A stretch of 64,000 nt of DNA from Eledone cirrhosa (taxonomy: Eukaryota). Positions 25,805-38,042 of this stretch are shown piece by piece; the first letter of the stretch is position 1; each line of letters begins with the position of its first letter. Under the pieces are notes generated by a model. The model saw only the letters and a program-made list of their open reading frames with translations. It was not told where the DNA came from and searched no databases. The stretch is taken from NCBI GenBank assembly GCA_964016885.1, contig CAXHJY010000652.1, positions 1 to 64,000 on the forward strand. The letters run 5' to 3'. A program made the translations under genes and the position numbers.

Positions 25805-26535
25805 TGGATTAGCAGTATCGGTAGAGTCGGACACAATGCTTTGCAGCATAGAGTTATGGCCCTTTATGATTTGAGTTCAAATCCCACGCGAGGTTAACTT
25901 TTCCTTTCATCCTTACGGGGTCGATAAAATAAATACCAGTCACGCACTGGGATCAATTTAATCAACTTCCCACTCCCCCAAATTGCTGGCCGTGTGCCTA
26001 TATAAGAAACCATTATTATATTCAAATCAAAGGGCGGTGGATTGCCAGTATCGGTAGAGGGTCGGACGCCATGCTTTCCAGCATAGTTACGTCCCTTTAC
26101 GATCTGAGTTCAAATCCTGCCGAGGTTGACTTTGCCTTTCATCCTTACGGGGTCGATAAAATAAAGTACCAGTAATGCACTGGGTATTTTGCTGGCCTTG
26201 TGCCTAAAGTAGAAACAATTATATTCAAATCCCGCTGAGGTTAACTTTGCCTTTCACCCTTACGGGGTGGATAAAATAAAATACCAGTAATACACTGATT
26301 TATTGCTAGCCTTGTGCCAAAAGTAGAAACAATTATATTCTACGTGGTAGATTGGCAGTGTCGGTAGAGGGTCGGACAACATGCTTTGCAGCAAAGAGTT
26401 ACGGCCCTTTATGGTCTGAGTTCAAATCCCACCGAGGTTAACTTTGCCTTTCATCCTTATGGGGTCGATAAAATAAAGTACCAGTAATACATTGGAATAA
26501 TTGCTGGCCTTGTGCCAAAAGTAAAAACAATTATA
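25805..26535 (+). mobile_element. Four head-to-tail tRNA-derived SINEs
   Basis: Repeated cagtatcggtagag...gagttcaaatcc...cctttcatccttacggggtcgataaaataaa...tagaaacaattat. Confidence 0.88.
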
Positions 26536-29039
26536 GTCTACGTGCAGCAAGAATCTCAACGATTCCAGCTCTACCCCCACCCTCTAACGATGTCAAGCAG
26601 CATTGATGCAACCAGAGTGTCCAAATTGTTTTATGGCCCACATTTCCATAAATATTTGCATGAAAGAACATAAATAACAGGACGACGATTATAGTTTGTG
26701 AAGCTGTGGTTTCTTTAATCGTTGACCATCTCCAAAATAAATTCTTACACGTGTTTTCGGTGATCCTCGGGAAGTATAATGCATGGTGGGTGAGCTTAAC
26801 ATGTGTTATCACTCATGGGAGGTGGGTAATCCTAAATGGGTTTTCATGGTTTATATACCCTGAGCTAATTATTGTGCTTTATAAATATATTATGCTTATT
26901 TAATGTTTTATCAATCTTTTTATTCACCTATTGTATAACGGCCCGTATATTTGTTTTTATAGAACTTTGTCCAGCCTCGCAGGCATTGTAACCCGTGATA
27001 GTAGACAACTACATAAATGGCTTCATTTGTCAGGGCACATGGTCAACTTTAGTAGAACAATTTTTTTTTTTTTGTTTTGTTTTTTATGGGTTTAGTCAGA
27101 AGAAAGGGAGTTGTATCAAGGGCTTTTAAAACTTGGAAACACGACTTAATGAGGGGAGCAAAGGGGGAAATTGCCCTGGGCCCCCTGTAGTGGGGGAGGG
27201 GGCACCAGCGACAGCCGTAGCAATTTATTTGTGCCATCAGCTGGACTTTTTAGTTTTAGGATGGTTAAAATTTTTGAATTTAATATCTATGTATAACTTT
27301 TCAATTCCAATTACTTCCGCCAAGCTAACTTTGATATCTAAATTTCGGGGCTTTGCTGTGTATTCCAATATTTTGTGTATAAAAAATGGTCTACATCCAA
27401 CCCCGAGCACGATACAGCCAAAGAAAAACATGGACAGGCAAGAAGAGACATTCTAGTCGACTGAGATGAGATGACACTGGCGACTCAGAAAGAAAAAAAA
27501 AGGGAAAATATTGTAAAACATTTTGTTAAGTGCTCTTTGTTTTCTCCGAATCATTCCTATAAATTATTTTTATATTTATTTCATATTTTTATGCAATTTG
27601 AATCCTAGCACCTTCGCTTCTATATCACTTTGTTTCGTCCCAGCGTCAAATATAACGTAAACCTTACGCTTCGAAAAGGATTAAAAGGGAAACTCCAGGG
27701 CGTGTGATTGAGTGTGCGGATCTTCTGGCCCCTTTTTGTTTCCTTTTTACATATATGTATATCAATATAAACAAACTGAATTTGATTGTTCGTATTTGAC
27801 ACAAGATAAACAATGAAAGGTAGTTGACATATTTATATTTCATGAAATGCTGTATATTTTAATAAAATGCACTGCCTATAATTAAAAAAAACTATGCTTA
27901 TATAATGTTTACAGTATAATATGTGCGAGTCGTATGTGGCTAACAAATGAAACAATTCTTATTTATTTTATTCTGCCGGTATTTGAATTGCTAGTAATCA
28001 AGCTGTTTCCTACAGCCTTTGATATATCAGCAAACCAGCTTGTAAAGTCAGGAAATTCATATCTATATCCACATCTTGAACCAAATTCCTACTGGAATCA
28101 ACTTCCCGTAAACATTTACCCTTCCCGTCCTAAAAATAGACGTTATTTAGCAAGAAGAGTTTGTTACGCGATAACAACAAACAGGACACTTGTATGTTAA
28201 TTGACAGACGGGAACGAAAACATAATTTAAAAAATAAACGCACTAAAGAATAGTACAATTACAGAAGCCAAATAAAATAAGGGGAGCAGAAAATAGGCGA
28301 TTAATATTTAGTTATGAAAACAAGCACGTAAATGTCAACATACGTATCACATGATGAGGCCATCTTAAGGTGTGGTAATTATAGCCTTATAATTCCAATC
28401 GGCTACATTCATTTCCGGTGTACATCAAACATAGTCCAACCACCACAAATGTGCCGTCACTCTAAATTGTTGTTGATATTATAAAACTAACCTTAATACT
28501 TCATCTAGTAATAGAGAACGATGGAGATTATATATAGTAGAGAATTCAAATCTATCAATGCAACATGTAGCATATAAATATATATTTATTTATAAATTAA
28601 ATCTAACGTCTACATTCATATCCGGTGTGTGACCAGCATAGACCATCCTCCACAATTTGGTCTCCGCCACAGTGTTGACGTTGTTTGTGAAAGATAGGTG
28701 CTATTAGTATGTAGTATATAAAAATATATGGAGATTTCTAGCGTTCTTGACACCCGGACCACATCCCTACTCACTGCTATCGGAGCGGAGTTCGCTGTCC
28801 GCAGGTGCGAGCCCCGCGATGTAGAGTAGTTGTTCTAACACGCCTACCTCGCCGTCCTCCGAGTCAATGTATTCTCAATTCTGTTGGATGGTACCCAGAG
28901 GCGGAAAGTAAGTTAGGTGGAGGATACCCGTTCGACGTCACACATTTCTTCTTCTTTCCAGAAGTTATTTCTGGAAAGGAGTTTCTTACATATGCCTGAA
29001 TACTTGAACCAAAAAATACATGGTATTTCAGTGTGAAAC

Positions 29040-29375
29040 ATTTATTTTCCTGGTTTTCTCCTAACGGCAAGATCCTGGCAATCACCCTCACCTCCATCCT
29101 CGGAGTTTTCCCAACGATACTTTTTTTTCGCCTGTTGTCAAGGAATAGGACCACGAAACCTGTCTGAACAGATATATTTGTGGAAAAATTGGGGTGAAAG
29201 GGGGTGGAAAGACCATCGAAACTTTGCAAATCTTCACACCTCTCGCGTTTGGTTGGAAGCAATTATCTTTCCTCGATTTTTTTCCGGGATAATAGAGGCA
29301 TACAATAGACTTTTTAGTATTATTACAGAACACACCACTCGATTTCAGCAGGAAAAAAATATTTTTCCTCGTTTT
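29040..29375 (-). repeat. ~400-bp unit repeat family (inverted relative of 40995-41560)
   Basis: Shared blocks aattatctttcctcgattttt and ggggtgaaagggg. Confidence 0.6.
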
Positions 29376-30226
29376 TTTTTCTTTTTCGTGTGCTGTTAAT
29401 CAAGGGCCTTGTTTCAGGGGGTACCAAGGGACACAACACACACACACACTTTTTCAGGAACGGAGGACAAACCATCTCCCCCCCCCCCATACTTTTTATC
29501 AATTAAAAAACAAAGAGTTTAAACGGCCCTCAAGCCAGCCGAGGAAAAAATACGAGAGTGTACCTTAAATAAATTAAAAAGAAACGAAGAAAATAAATAA
29601 AAGAAGCTTGTCAACGAATTCCTTAGGGACATAAAAGAAAAACGAAAAAAATCAAAGAAAATGAAAATAAGAACAACGCAACTATGACAACAGTTACAAG
29701 AACAACTTCAACAGAAACGACAAGAAAAAGAAGCAATTGTGATGATAGGTGTGGGTGGGTGTATACTTATACATACATACAAACATACACGCATGCATAC
29801 GTACATACATACATTGATACACAGGCCGGCGTTGGTGTTTGATGAGGTTGAAAAGCTGTGGTATTTAATCTCCCTAGGTAATAAAATCTGGAGATAAAAT
29901 TCTTTCTCTCCTTACCAAAAAACATAAATCATGTCAACATCCTTATAGGCACATATACACACTTAAATATAAATGCATGCATATATACAAATATATAAAT
30001 GTATAGCTATATACATACGTAAATGTATGTATATATATATATATGTATGCATGTATGTAGATTTATATATATATGTATATATTACACACACACATATATA
30101 TATATTATATAGATTTTTTTTTTTTTTTTTTCCCAGTATCACACATCAATCTTAAATTACTTTTCATATGTTGATTTAAAACTTCACTATTCACAAGTGT
30201 TTTTTAACCTTCATATCATGTATCCC

Positions 30227-30297
30227 TATTTTATCTGACGAAAACGCAAATGTCATCTCATGATGATATTTGTTTTTGAAATGCGCATAATAAAATA
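30227..30297 (+). ncRNA. Type I hammerhead with long stem II
   Basis: tattttat CTGACGA aaacgcaaatgtcatc-tcat-gatgatatttgttttt GAAA tgcgca TA ataaaata. Confidence 0.85.
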
Positions 30298-30384
30298 CAT
30301 GGAACTCTTTTAAACATCTTCTGATCTTATATTATAAATTATATATTATATATATATAGATAGATTATATTATATATTATGGAA

Positions 30385-30700
30385 TACTAAGAGTGGGAAA
30401 TGAAATTTCGTTTCATTTTTTCCGTTTATCGTTTTCGGTGCACCCGGCCGATTAACCCACTCGATATGCAAATTAGGCTACTCAGCCGTTAATATGCATA
30501 AGGTAAGTATATACGTTCAACAATCTGGCAGGAAGGTATACGTTGCTGACGATAGCTAATAAGCTTGAAACTAGTACAGCGTTCCTTTGTCAGTGTTGAA
30601 CAAACGAGCAACGATGGTTGCTAGACACTACGGCTTAATACGGGATGTTTGTTTACAAACACACCGAGCATTATAATAAATGTTCGATGAATCCATACGT
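30385..30700 (+). repeat. Diverged second family of the octamer+hammerhead unit
   Basis: Same motif order as the 469-bp unit: gaaa..tttcgtttc hairpin, tttatcgttt, ATGCAAATTAG, hammerhead inside an extended stem. Confidence 0.75.
30540..30582 (+). ncRNA. Type I hammerhead ribozyme
   Basis: acgttg CTGACGA tagct-aata-agctt GAAA ctag TA cagcgt. Confidence 0.85.
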
Positions 30701-30783
30701 ACATATATATATGTGTGCATGTATGTATATATATACATACTACTATACGTCTGTATACATATATGTATGTACGTGTACATACT

Positions 30784-30817
<34 letters not shown>

Positions 30818-30834
30818 CATATATACATATATAC

Positions 30835-30939
<105 letters not shown>

Positions 30940-31574
30940 TACATATATATATATATACATATATACATATATATATATACATATATATATATACATATAT
31001 ACATATATAGAAAGATTTGAATGGATACAGTTTAGTTGAAAGGAATTTATTGACACGTGTTTCTATAACAGTTACAAAACCTAAAACAGCTATCTACAAA
31101 CTTTTAGTTATGCAGACATTCAATATTTCAATGTTATTATTTACTGTCATTTAATCAGAATAATATTACTGAGGACCTATTTAGTTTTTATAGAGAATAT
31201 TAGGAGGGAGGGGTGAAGTTGTTAGAAGAATAGTTGAAGGAGTGGTTTTTCGATAGCAGTGAGAATTCTTGGTGGCAGTGAGTAATTAGATTCCCATCTG
31301 TTGTTTTGACATTTTTTATAGAATATATTATTGGTTATTTTTCTAAATCTATAGAAGGATTAGAGATAGTAAAGATATGCGTGGTTGGTTTTGTGTTTGC
31401 ACTTAATTAACATTCAGACTTAAATTTTTCTTTCAAGTGTACGTATCCTTTCACCCACGCATTCACACACAAATATATTTGCACACCTCTACAAAATACA
31501 TATACTCACAATTCACATATTCATACTTACATATATATACACATGCATACACATATATATACACACATGCAAAG

Positions 31575-32332
31575 AGTACTTATGGTATAACCCCGAATAC
31601 AATAGCTCCATTAGTACAAATTTACCAGTACTCTTCTTTAAAATAATTAAAAGACATTTTCCCACATCACACAAATACCACAAAATCCTAAACCCTACCA
31701 CTATAAGACTGTCATACTCTACAGCGTTAAACCTTGAACAACACATAAAAAAGATCAATACTAGAAGGTTAAACGAAAACACTAAGAACTTAAGTACAAA
31801 GAACACAAAAAAAACAGTAGACAATACACTACAGAACATAAATAAACCACACCTAAGTTCGTCCGCAATACTACTCCAGAGAAAACCCAACGTACACAAC
31901 TGTAACTGCACCTATCCTGACAACTGCCCCCTCGGCAATAACTGCCTGGAAAAAAATATTATTTATAAGTGTACCATTAAATCCGGAGGCAACGAGTGGT
32001 ATTACGTGGGATCAACAGCAACATCGTTTAAATCTCGATTGTATAGGCATTCTTACTCAATAAAACACCAGAGCCAAAGAAATGTAACAACTTTAGCAGA
32101 AAAAGCTTGGACGCTCAGGGATAGCGATCAAAAGTTTACCCTAAAATGGGAAAAATTAGCTAAAACCCAAAGCTTTTCCAGGAGCCAAAATTTCTGCAAA
32201 TTGTGTAATCTTGAGATTTATTACATAATCACACACAAGAAGAAACTGCTGAATAACAGAATTGAACGAACATTATTCTGCCGTCACAGAACTAAAACCC
32301 TTTTTTCCCACTACAAGCCGAATATTACATAA
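31575..32332 (+). pseudogene. PLE C-terminal linker and GIY-YIG endonuclease fragment
   Basis: HFPTSHKYHKI...CNCTYPDNCPLGNNC...IIYKC...YYVGSTATSFKSR...CKLC. Confidence 0.85.
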
Positions 32333-32601
32333 AAGAGGGACATCCCCCAACTATATAAACCTTAATCTAGTTAGAAAAATATAAAAACAATCTCTTCTCA
32401 ACATATATTAATAACCTTAAATTACCACACTAATAATGGAAAGATATGCTGATGAGAATAGGTGCAAATATGCGATAATGAATGTGTCTAAAAACGTCCA
32501 TAAGTATGTATATATATGTGAAAATGTATATAAATAAGTAAATATATATATATGTTTGATGTGTATAGTTAGATGTAAGTGTATTCATGTATTAAAGTGC
32601 T

Positions 32602-32685
<84 letters not shown>

Positions 32686-33999
32686 GAAAGAATTCTAAAG
32701 GAGATATCATCGAAATTATCAACACTTATCACGATGATGGACACACAATCCTCTATTTTAAAGGAAATAGAAAAACAATCTACAGACGGAAAACTTATAA
32801 CTGAACATATAAACTCTGAAATTAAGAATTTAGCTGAAATTATACCAACAGTTATCAAAGATACAAGAGAAAGCCTACCACAACCCCCTTGGATGTCAGA
32901 AATAAACGAAAGAAATTTGGAAAACAAAACACATCGAATAAGAAAAGAAATGTGGAAGACATGGAAAAAATTCCTTAACATAAGAAAACAAAATTTCTGG
33001 AAAGCATACAGATGCGAAAAATATGTCGAAACACATTCGAAATGGCTCTCTCTAACGGCACCCATACTCCCTCGTAAATACCTAATTACAGAAATTGCAG
33101 GAGAACCAGAAGAAGAAACAAAACTCCGATGGGAACTTACATTGACAAAATTCAGGACCGACATCTCCATTTCTGAATGTAAACAATCCCGCTACAAAGC
33201 CAAATATGAAGCTATTGATGACCAAATTGAAGTTGAAATTTCAAAGCTAACGACTGGTATTATAGCTGAAAAACTACGAGAACTATGGATCGGAGATATC
33301 TCAAAAGAAGAAAACAAATCAAGAAAGGTATGGCAGCAGAAACAATTATTTCTCGATGAATATGCTGCAAATTACGGTAAAGACTCTGGAACCCTGAGAA
33401 AAAGCATTAAAAGTGGACAATCTCATCAACACAACATACGCCAGAACACGTGCCAACACAAACACTCACCTTACCTTGAATCAAAGAAGAACTACGGTAA
33501 TAACTCTTCGCTTTTTCTACAAAAACACCCTATCGCACACAACATGAACAAAAAGCACAAACACGATAGGTATTCCTTTGACCAGACCATGAGAAGTAGT
33601 AAAACCAGGAGATCATTCTCAAGATCTCAACAGAGACTACCAACAAGGAATGTGGAAACAAAACGTAGAATAACCAGATCACTCTCAAGATCTCAACAGA
33701 GATTGCCCACAAGAAACTGGACGAAAAAACGATCTAAACCTGAAAGCAAACCTAGGTCATTTTCCCAGATTGTTAAAAATAATGCTAACAGGAAGAAAAA
33801 TAATATACAGAATACCAAAAATAGGACAAAATACATAACGAAACCAAATATAATATCACGACCAAAAGTTCATCAAGCGAACACCAACAGGAATATAAAT
33901 CCTGAACAGAGAAAAATTCATTTTTTAACGTCAGGACAACAAAAACCGGAAAAAGAAAAACTCCAGGAGGAAACATACCCAAAACAGCTGTACACGTAG
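32686..33999 (+). CDS. Upstream ORF1 of the nested PLE (helical, Trp-containing N-half; basic C-tail), 5'-truncated
   Basis: Frame is open from the TA junction (ERILKEISSKLSTLITMM...); K/R/S-rich tail with duplicated SRSQQRLPTRN. Confidence 0.7.
   Translation, partial: ERILKEISSKLSTLITMMDTQSSILKEIEKQSTDGKLITEHINSEIKNLAEIIPTVIKDTRESLPQPPWMSEINERNLENKTHRIRKEMWKTWKKFLNIRKQNFWKAYRCEKYVETHSKWLSLTAPILPRKYLITEIAGEPEEETKLRWELTLTKFRTDISISECKQSRYKAKYEAIDDQIEVEISKLTTGIIAEKLRELWIGDISKEENKSRKVWQQKQLFLDEYAANYGKDSGTLRKSIKSGQSHQHNIRQNTCQHKHSPYLESKKNYGNNSSLFLQKHPIAHNMNKKHKHDRYSFDQTMRSSKTRRSFSRSQQRLPTRNVETKRRITRSLSRSQQRLPTRNWTKKRSKPESKPRSFSQIVKNNANRKKNNIQNTKNRTKYITKPNIISRPKVHQANTNRNINPEQRKIHFLTSGQQKPEKEKLQEETYPKQLYT
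33921..33927 (+). other. Candidate -1 ribosomal frameshift heptamer T_TTT_TTA
   Basis: Phased correctly in ORF1 (cat ttt tta); the -1 frame is open from 33906 into the RT ORF. Confidence 0.65.
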
Positions 34000-34046
34000 A
34001 TCCTAAAATAATTAATTTATCTAAAAGAGATCTTGACAATGATGAA

Positions 34047-36233
34047 ATGCAAATTCTGTCAAAAGGACTGAAATTCACACCGACTCCAACAGTCAACCAC
34101 CAAGAACTGAAGGAGGATACCCAAGAATTCTGTCGAAAATTACGTCTTGTAGAATTCTTCGCTGATAAAAATAATGAGAGTGATGAATCACTAGTAAAGA
34201 ATAAATCAAATTTCACTCCGCCAAAAGGAAGAAATATCTATCTCGACCAATACATTGACATCCTGTCTAAATTTCCTCTTAGACATAATACTAATGTTAG
34301 GCCAAACATTAATAAATCAGAAATGTCTGCACTTAAACGTATACAAAATGACAAAACAATAATAATTAAACAAGCAGATAAAGGGGGTGCAGTTGTTATA
34401 ATGGATACTGAATACTACAAGGATTTGGTTGAGGAACAACTGAAAGACACAACATTCTATCATGAAATACCGTCAAATATAGACCACAACATCATGAAGA
34501 AGATCAACAACCTGGCTTCAAAATACCACAACTCATTTACTGATAAGGAAAGAGACTACATCACCAATTTTGAGCCGAAACCCAGCAACCTGTATGGCCT
34601 ACCGAAAGTTCACAAGTCAAAAGAAATACAACTGGCAGTAAGAGAACAAAACAGTGAGTACATTAAATTATTACACCCAAAAGACTTAAAACTTAGACCT
34701 ATTATAGCTGGTCCAACATGCCCCACTCACCGTCTAAGCAATTTTGTTGACATTATTTTGAAACCACTATGTATTCACATACCCAGTTTCATCCGGGATG
34801 ATATCGACTTCCTGTCCCATCTTCCCAAAACCACGGAAACGAATTCACTTCTACTCAGTTTTGATGTGGTAAGCCTTTACACCAACATTACACATGATTT
34901 AGGAATAAAGGCGGTTAAATACTGGGTGGAAAAACATAGAGAAGTGATTCCCATTAGATTCACAGCGCCATTTATATTAGACGCAGTTAAACTTATTCTG
35001 GAAAACAACACTTTCTTCTTCAATGGAAAGAATTACATCCAAATTAGAGGCACAGCGATGGGAACGAAGTTTGCTCCCGTTTACGCGAACTCTGTAATGG
35101 GATACTTAGAACAACAACTCTACCAAGAAATAGAGGAAAAATATAGTACTGACTTTAGAAAGTACATTGAAAAATCTTGGAAGAGATACCTTGACGACTG
35201 TTTCATCATCTGGACAGAATCTCTAGATACTCTGGATGAGTTCAATATCCTCCTGAATAACCTACACCCATCTCTCCAATTCACAAAAGAGATGAGTAGG
35301 ACCAAATTACCATTCCTAGATATAATGATAATCAAAAACGACACCACCATTACCACGGATATATATTATAAACACACAGACACCCATCAATATCTGAATT
35401 TTAAGTCGTGCCATCCACCTCATACAAAACGCAACATCCCATACTGCCTAGCCAGAAGAATTTGTACCATTGTAGAAGATACGAATACCAGGTACAAACG
35501 CCTAACAGAACTAAGAGAATTTTTGCTCAAACAAAAATACCCATCTCTACTTATAGAAAATGGCATACAGCGGGCTATAAAAATACCTATACAACAACTT
35601 AGAACAACCCAAAGAAGAAGAAACCAAGAACTGGTCATACCATTTATAATGACACACAACCCATGTCACCAGAATATCTTCAACACTGCCAAAGCAAACC
35701 TACCGATCATTGCTCAAAGTAATGAATTAAAAGGCTTAATCACAGATCGATCTTTGACTCTTAGTAAAAGACAGCCAAAAAATTTGAAGCAATTGCTAAC
35801 AAAAGCAAAGTTTGACCTTAACAACAAAGACCAATCATTCACTGTATCTAAATGCAATGATAATCGATGCGGCACATGTCAATCCATACACGCCGGTCAA
35901 TATATGAAAACAAAAACTGGAAAAATATTCACAAATGCAAATATGAACTGCAAAAGCAGAAATCTAATTTACTGCATTAAATGCCCGAATTGTGAAGAAC
36001 TATATGTCGGTCAAACTGGAAATGCACTATCGGAACGTGCACGGGTACACCGTCAACAAATCAGAGACCCAAATGTCCGTCAGATACCCCTAAGCGGCCA
36101 CCTGGCAACATGTGGTCAGGGAATATTTATAATATTCCCATTCTACAAATTACACAGCCCAAGTGAAATCAAGAGAAAAATCAAAGAAAAGAATTTTATT
36201 GATAAATTCAAACCCAAGCTAAATGAACAATAA
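34047..36233 (+). CDS. Penelope-like RT plus GIY-YIG endonuclease (Neptune-like)
   Basis: KGLKFTPTP, ADKGG, YGLPKVHK, LRPII, FDVVSLYTNI, GTAMGTKFAP, RYLDD, FLD, CxxxxCxxC linker, NLIYCIKC...YVGQT...R. Confidence 0.95.
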   Translation: MQILSKGLKFTPTPTVNHQELKEDTQEFCRKLRLVEFFADKNNESDESLVKNKSNFTPPKGRNIYLDQYIDILSKFPLRHNTNVRPNINKSEMSALKRIQNDKTIIIKQADKGGAVVIMDTEYYKDLVEEQLKDTTFYHEIPSNIDHNIMKKINNLASKYHNSFTDKERDYITNFEPKPSNLYGLPKVHKSKEIQLAVREQNSEYIKLLHPKDLKLRPIIAGPTCPTHRLSNFVDIILKPLCIHIPSFIRDDIDFLSHLPKTTETNSLLLSFDVVSLYTNITHDLGIKAVKYWVEKHREVIPIRFTAPFILDAVKLILENNTFFFNGKNYIQIRGTAMGTKFAPVYANSVMGYLEQQLYQEIEEKYSTDFRKYIEKSWKRYLDDCFIIWTESLDTLDEFNILLNNLHPSLQFTKEMSRTKLPFLDIMIIKNDTTITTDIYYKHTDTHQYLNFKSCHPPHTKRNIPYCLARRICTIVEDTNTRYKRLTELREFLLKQKYPSLLIENGIQRAIKIPIQQLRTTQRRRNQELVIPFIMTHNPCHQNIFNTAKANLPIIAQSNELKGLITDRSLTLSKRQPKNLKQLLTKAKFDLNNKDQSFTVSKCNDNRCGTCQSIHAGQYMKTKTGKIFTNANMNCKSRNLIYCIKCPNCEELYVGQTGNALSERARVHRQQIRDPNVRQIPLSGHLATCGQGIFIIFPFYKLHSPSEIKRKIKEKNFIDKFKPKLNEQ

Positions 36234-36611
36234 TAACGCCTAGGGGTATTACTTCTACTACCACTATGACCACGACCACTAACAACAACAACAACAACAA
36301 CAATAATAATAATAATAAAAGTGATGTTGATGGTGATGATTAATAGAAAATGCTATTTTCATCATTTCAAAAAAGCAAAACAATTGATACGTTGGATATG
36401 ACTATTGGTCGTTAGCATGCTCAACCAGCCGTGACGCTTAAACCAATCAGCTGTAGTAATTCAGTGAAACTACACACTGATTGGTCGAAATACAGTTTAC
36501 AGGGCTTTGCATTCTGGAGCCACTTTTCTCTGTATAAAATGTATAAAAGGTAGGAAATTTACCCATCTCATTACAGTTGAAAATTGCAAACTCGACTGTC
36601 ACCACATATCA

Positions 36612-36650
36612 TGAACCTGAAGATTGCGAAAGCATGAAAGTACTTGTTCA
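36612..36650 (+). ncRNA. Minimal type I hammerhead in the PLE 3' region
   Basis: tgaac CTGAAGA t-tgc-gaaa-gca-t GAAA gtac TT gttca. Confidence 0.85.
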
Positions 36651-37526
36651 ATTAACACTTAGAATTTAATATTCTATCATACTATTTCATTATAATACCA
36701 TATTATATATATTTTAAAGGATTGTAAATAAAACGAGTAAATCAGACAAAGTTGGAATTCCTCTTATTAATATATATATATATATATATGTATGTATATA
36801 TATGTGTGTATGTATGTGTATATAGATGTGTATGTATGTGTATGTGTGTACACATGGACTAGAGTATGTATGTATATATGTGTGTGTCTATACGTGTGTA
36901 TATAAAGATAAGTTGAGTATGAAAATGTATACACATGAGCGCGTATGTATGTACATGAATACATGTGTGTATATATATGTGTATGCATGTGTATATATAT
37001 GTAAGTATGAATATGTGAATTGTAAGTATATGTATTTTGTAGAGGTGCGCAAATATATTTGTGTGTGAATGCGTGTGTGAAAGGATACTTACACTTGAAA
37101 GAAAAATTTAAGTCTGAATGTTAATTAAGTGCAAACACAAAACCAACCACGCATATCTTTACTATCTCTAATCCTTCTATAGATTTAGAAAAATAACCAA
37201 TAATATATTCTATAAAAAATGTCAAAACAACAGATGGGAATCTAATTACTCACTGCCACCAAGAATTCTCACTGCTATCGAAAAACCACTCCTTCAACTA
37301 TTCTTCTAACAACTTCACCCCTCCCTCCTAATATTCTCTATAAAAACTAAATAGGTCCTCAGTAATATTATTCTGATGAAATGACAGTAAATAATAACAT
37401 TGAAATATTGAATGTCTGCATAACTAAAAGTTTGTAGATAGCAGCTGTTTTAGGTTACGTAACTGTTATAGAAACACGTGTCAATAAATTCCTTTCAACT
37501 AAACTGTATCCATTCAAATCTTTCTA

Positions 37527-37563
<37 letters not shown>

Positions 37564-38042
37564 CGTGTGACAAGAAGCTTGCTTCCCAACCACATGTTTC
37601 CAGGTTCCCACTGCCCGGGCCGACCGAAGCCCTGTGAGGGGATTTGATAGACCGAAACTAAAAGAAGCCCGTCGTATATATGTCTGTGTGTGTCTTTGCG
37701 TTTGTGTTTGCCCTCCCACCAATGCTTGTAGGTTTGTTGAAGTCCCCGTAACTTACTGAGGCGATGCTCCAGCATGGGCGTATTCCAAAGACAGAAAAAA
37801 AAAGTAAAGTGTATATTATGTGTGTAGAAGAGGGGTCTCAAACTCAAGGACACAAAAGGGCTATTAGGTCCTGGAGGAGAGGTACAATGGGCCAAACGTG
37901 GTGGTGGGTGATGATTTTCACTAGTTATAATCGTTTTTTCTATAAGCACAAAGCATGAAATTTGGGGTTTAGGGTATAGTCGATTACATCGATCCCAGTT
38001 CACAACTGGTACTTAATTTATCGACCCCAAAAGGATGTGTAG

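Larger units (their letters stand above)
31005..37528 (+). mobile_element. 5'-truncated PLE (Hydra-like) with an inverted copy of its 3' end, hosting a nested PLE
   Basis: 31005-31570 is the reverse complement of 36960-37528; both outer ends abut (TA)n. Confidence 0.8.

Noticed and set aside
26531-26903. Short ORFs in unique-looking sequence
   Set aside because: No motif or splice support; cannot be called without a search
31163-31205. CTGAGGA-cctat...atag-agaa hammerhead-like stretch
   Set aside because: No GAAA core half or stem I pairing
31005-37528. TIR DNA transposon interpretation of the long inverted repeats
   Set aside because: No transposase; the interior is PLE sequence and inversion is typical of PLE insertions
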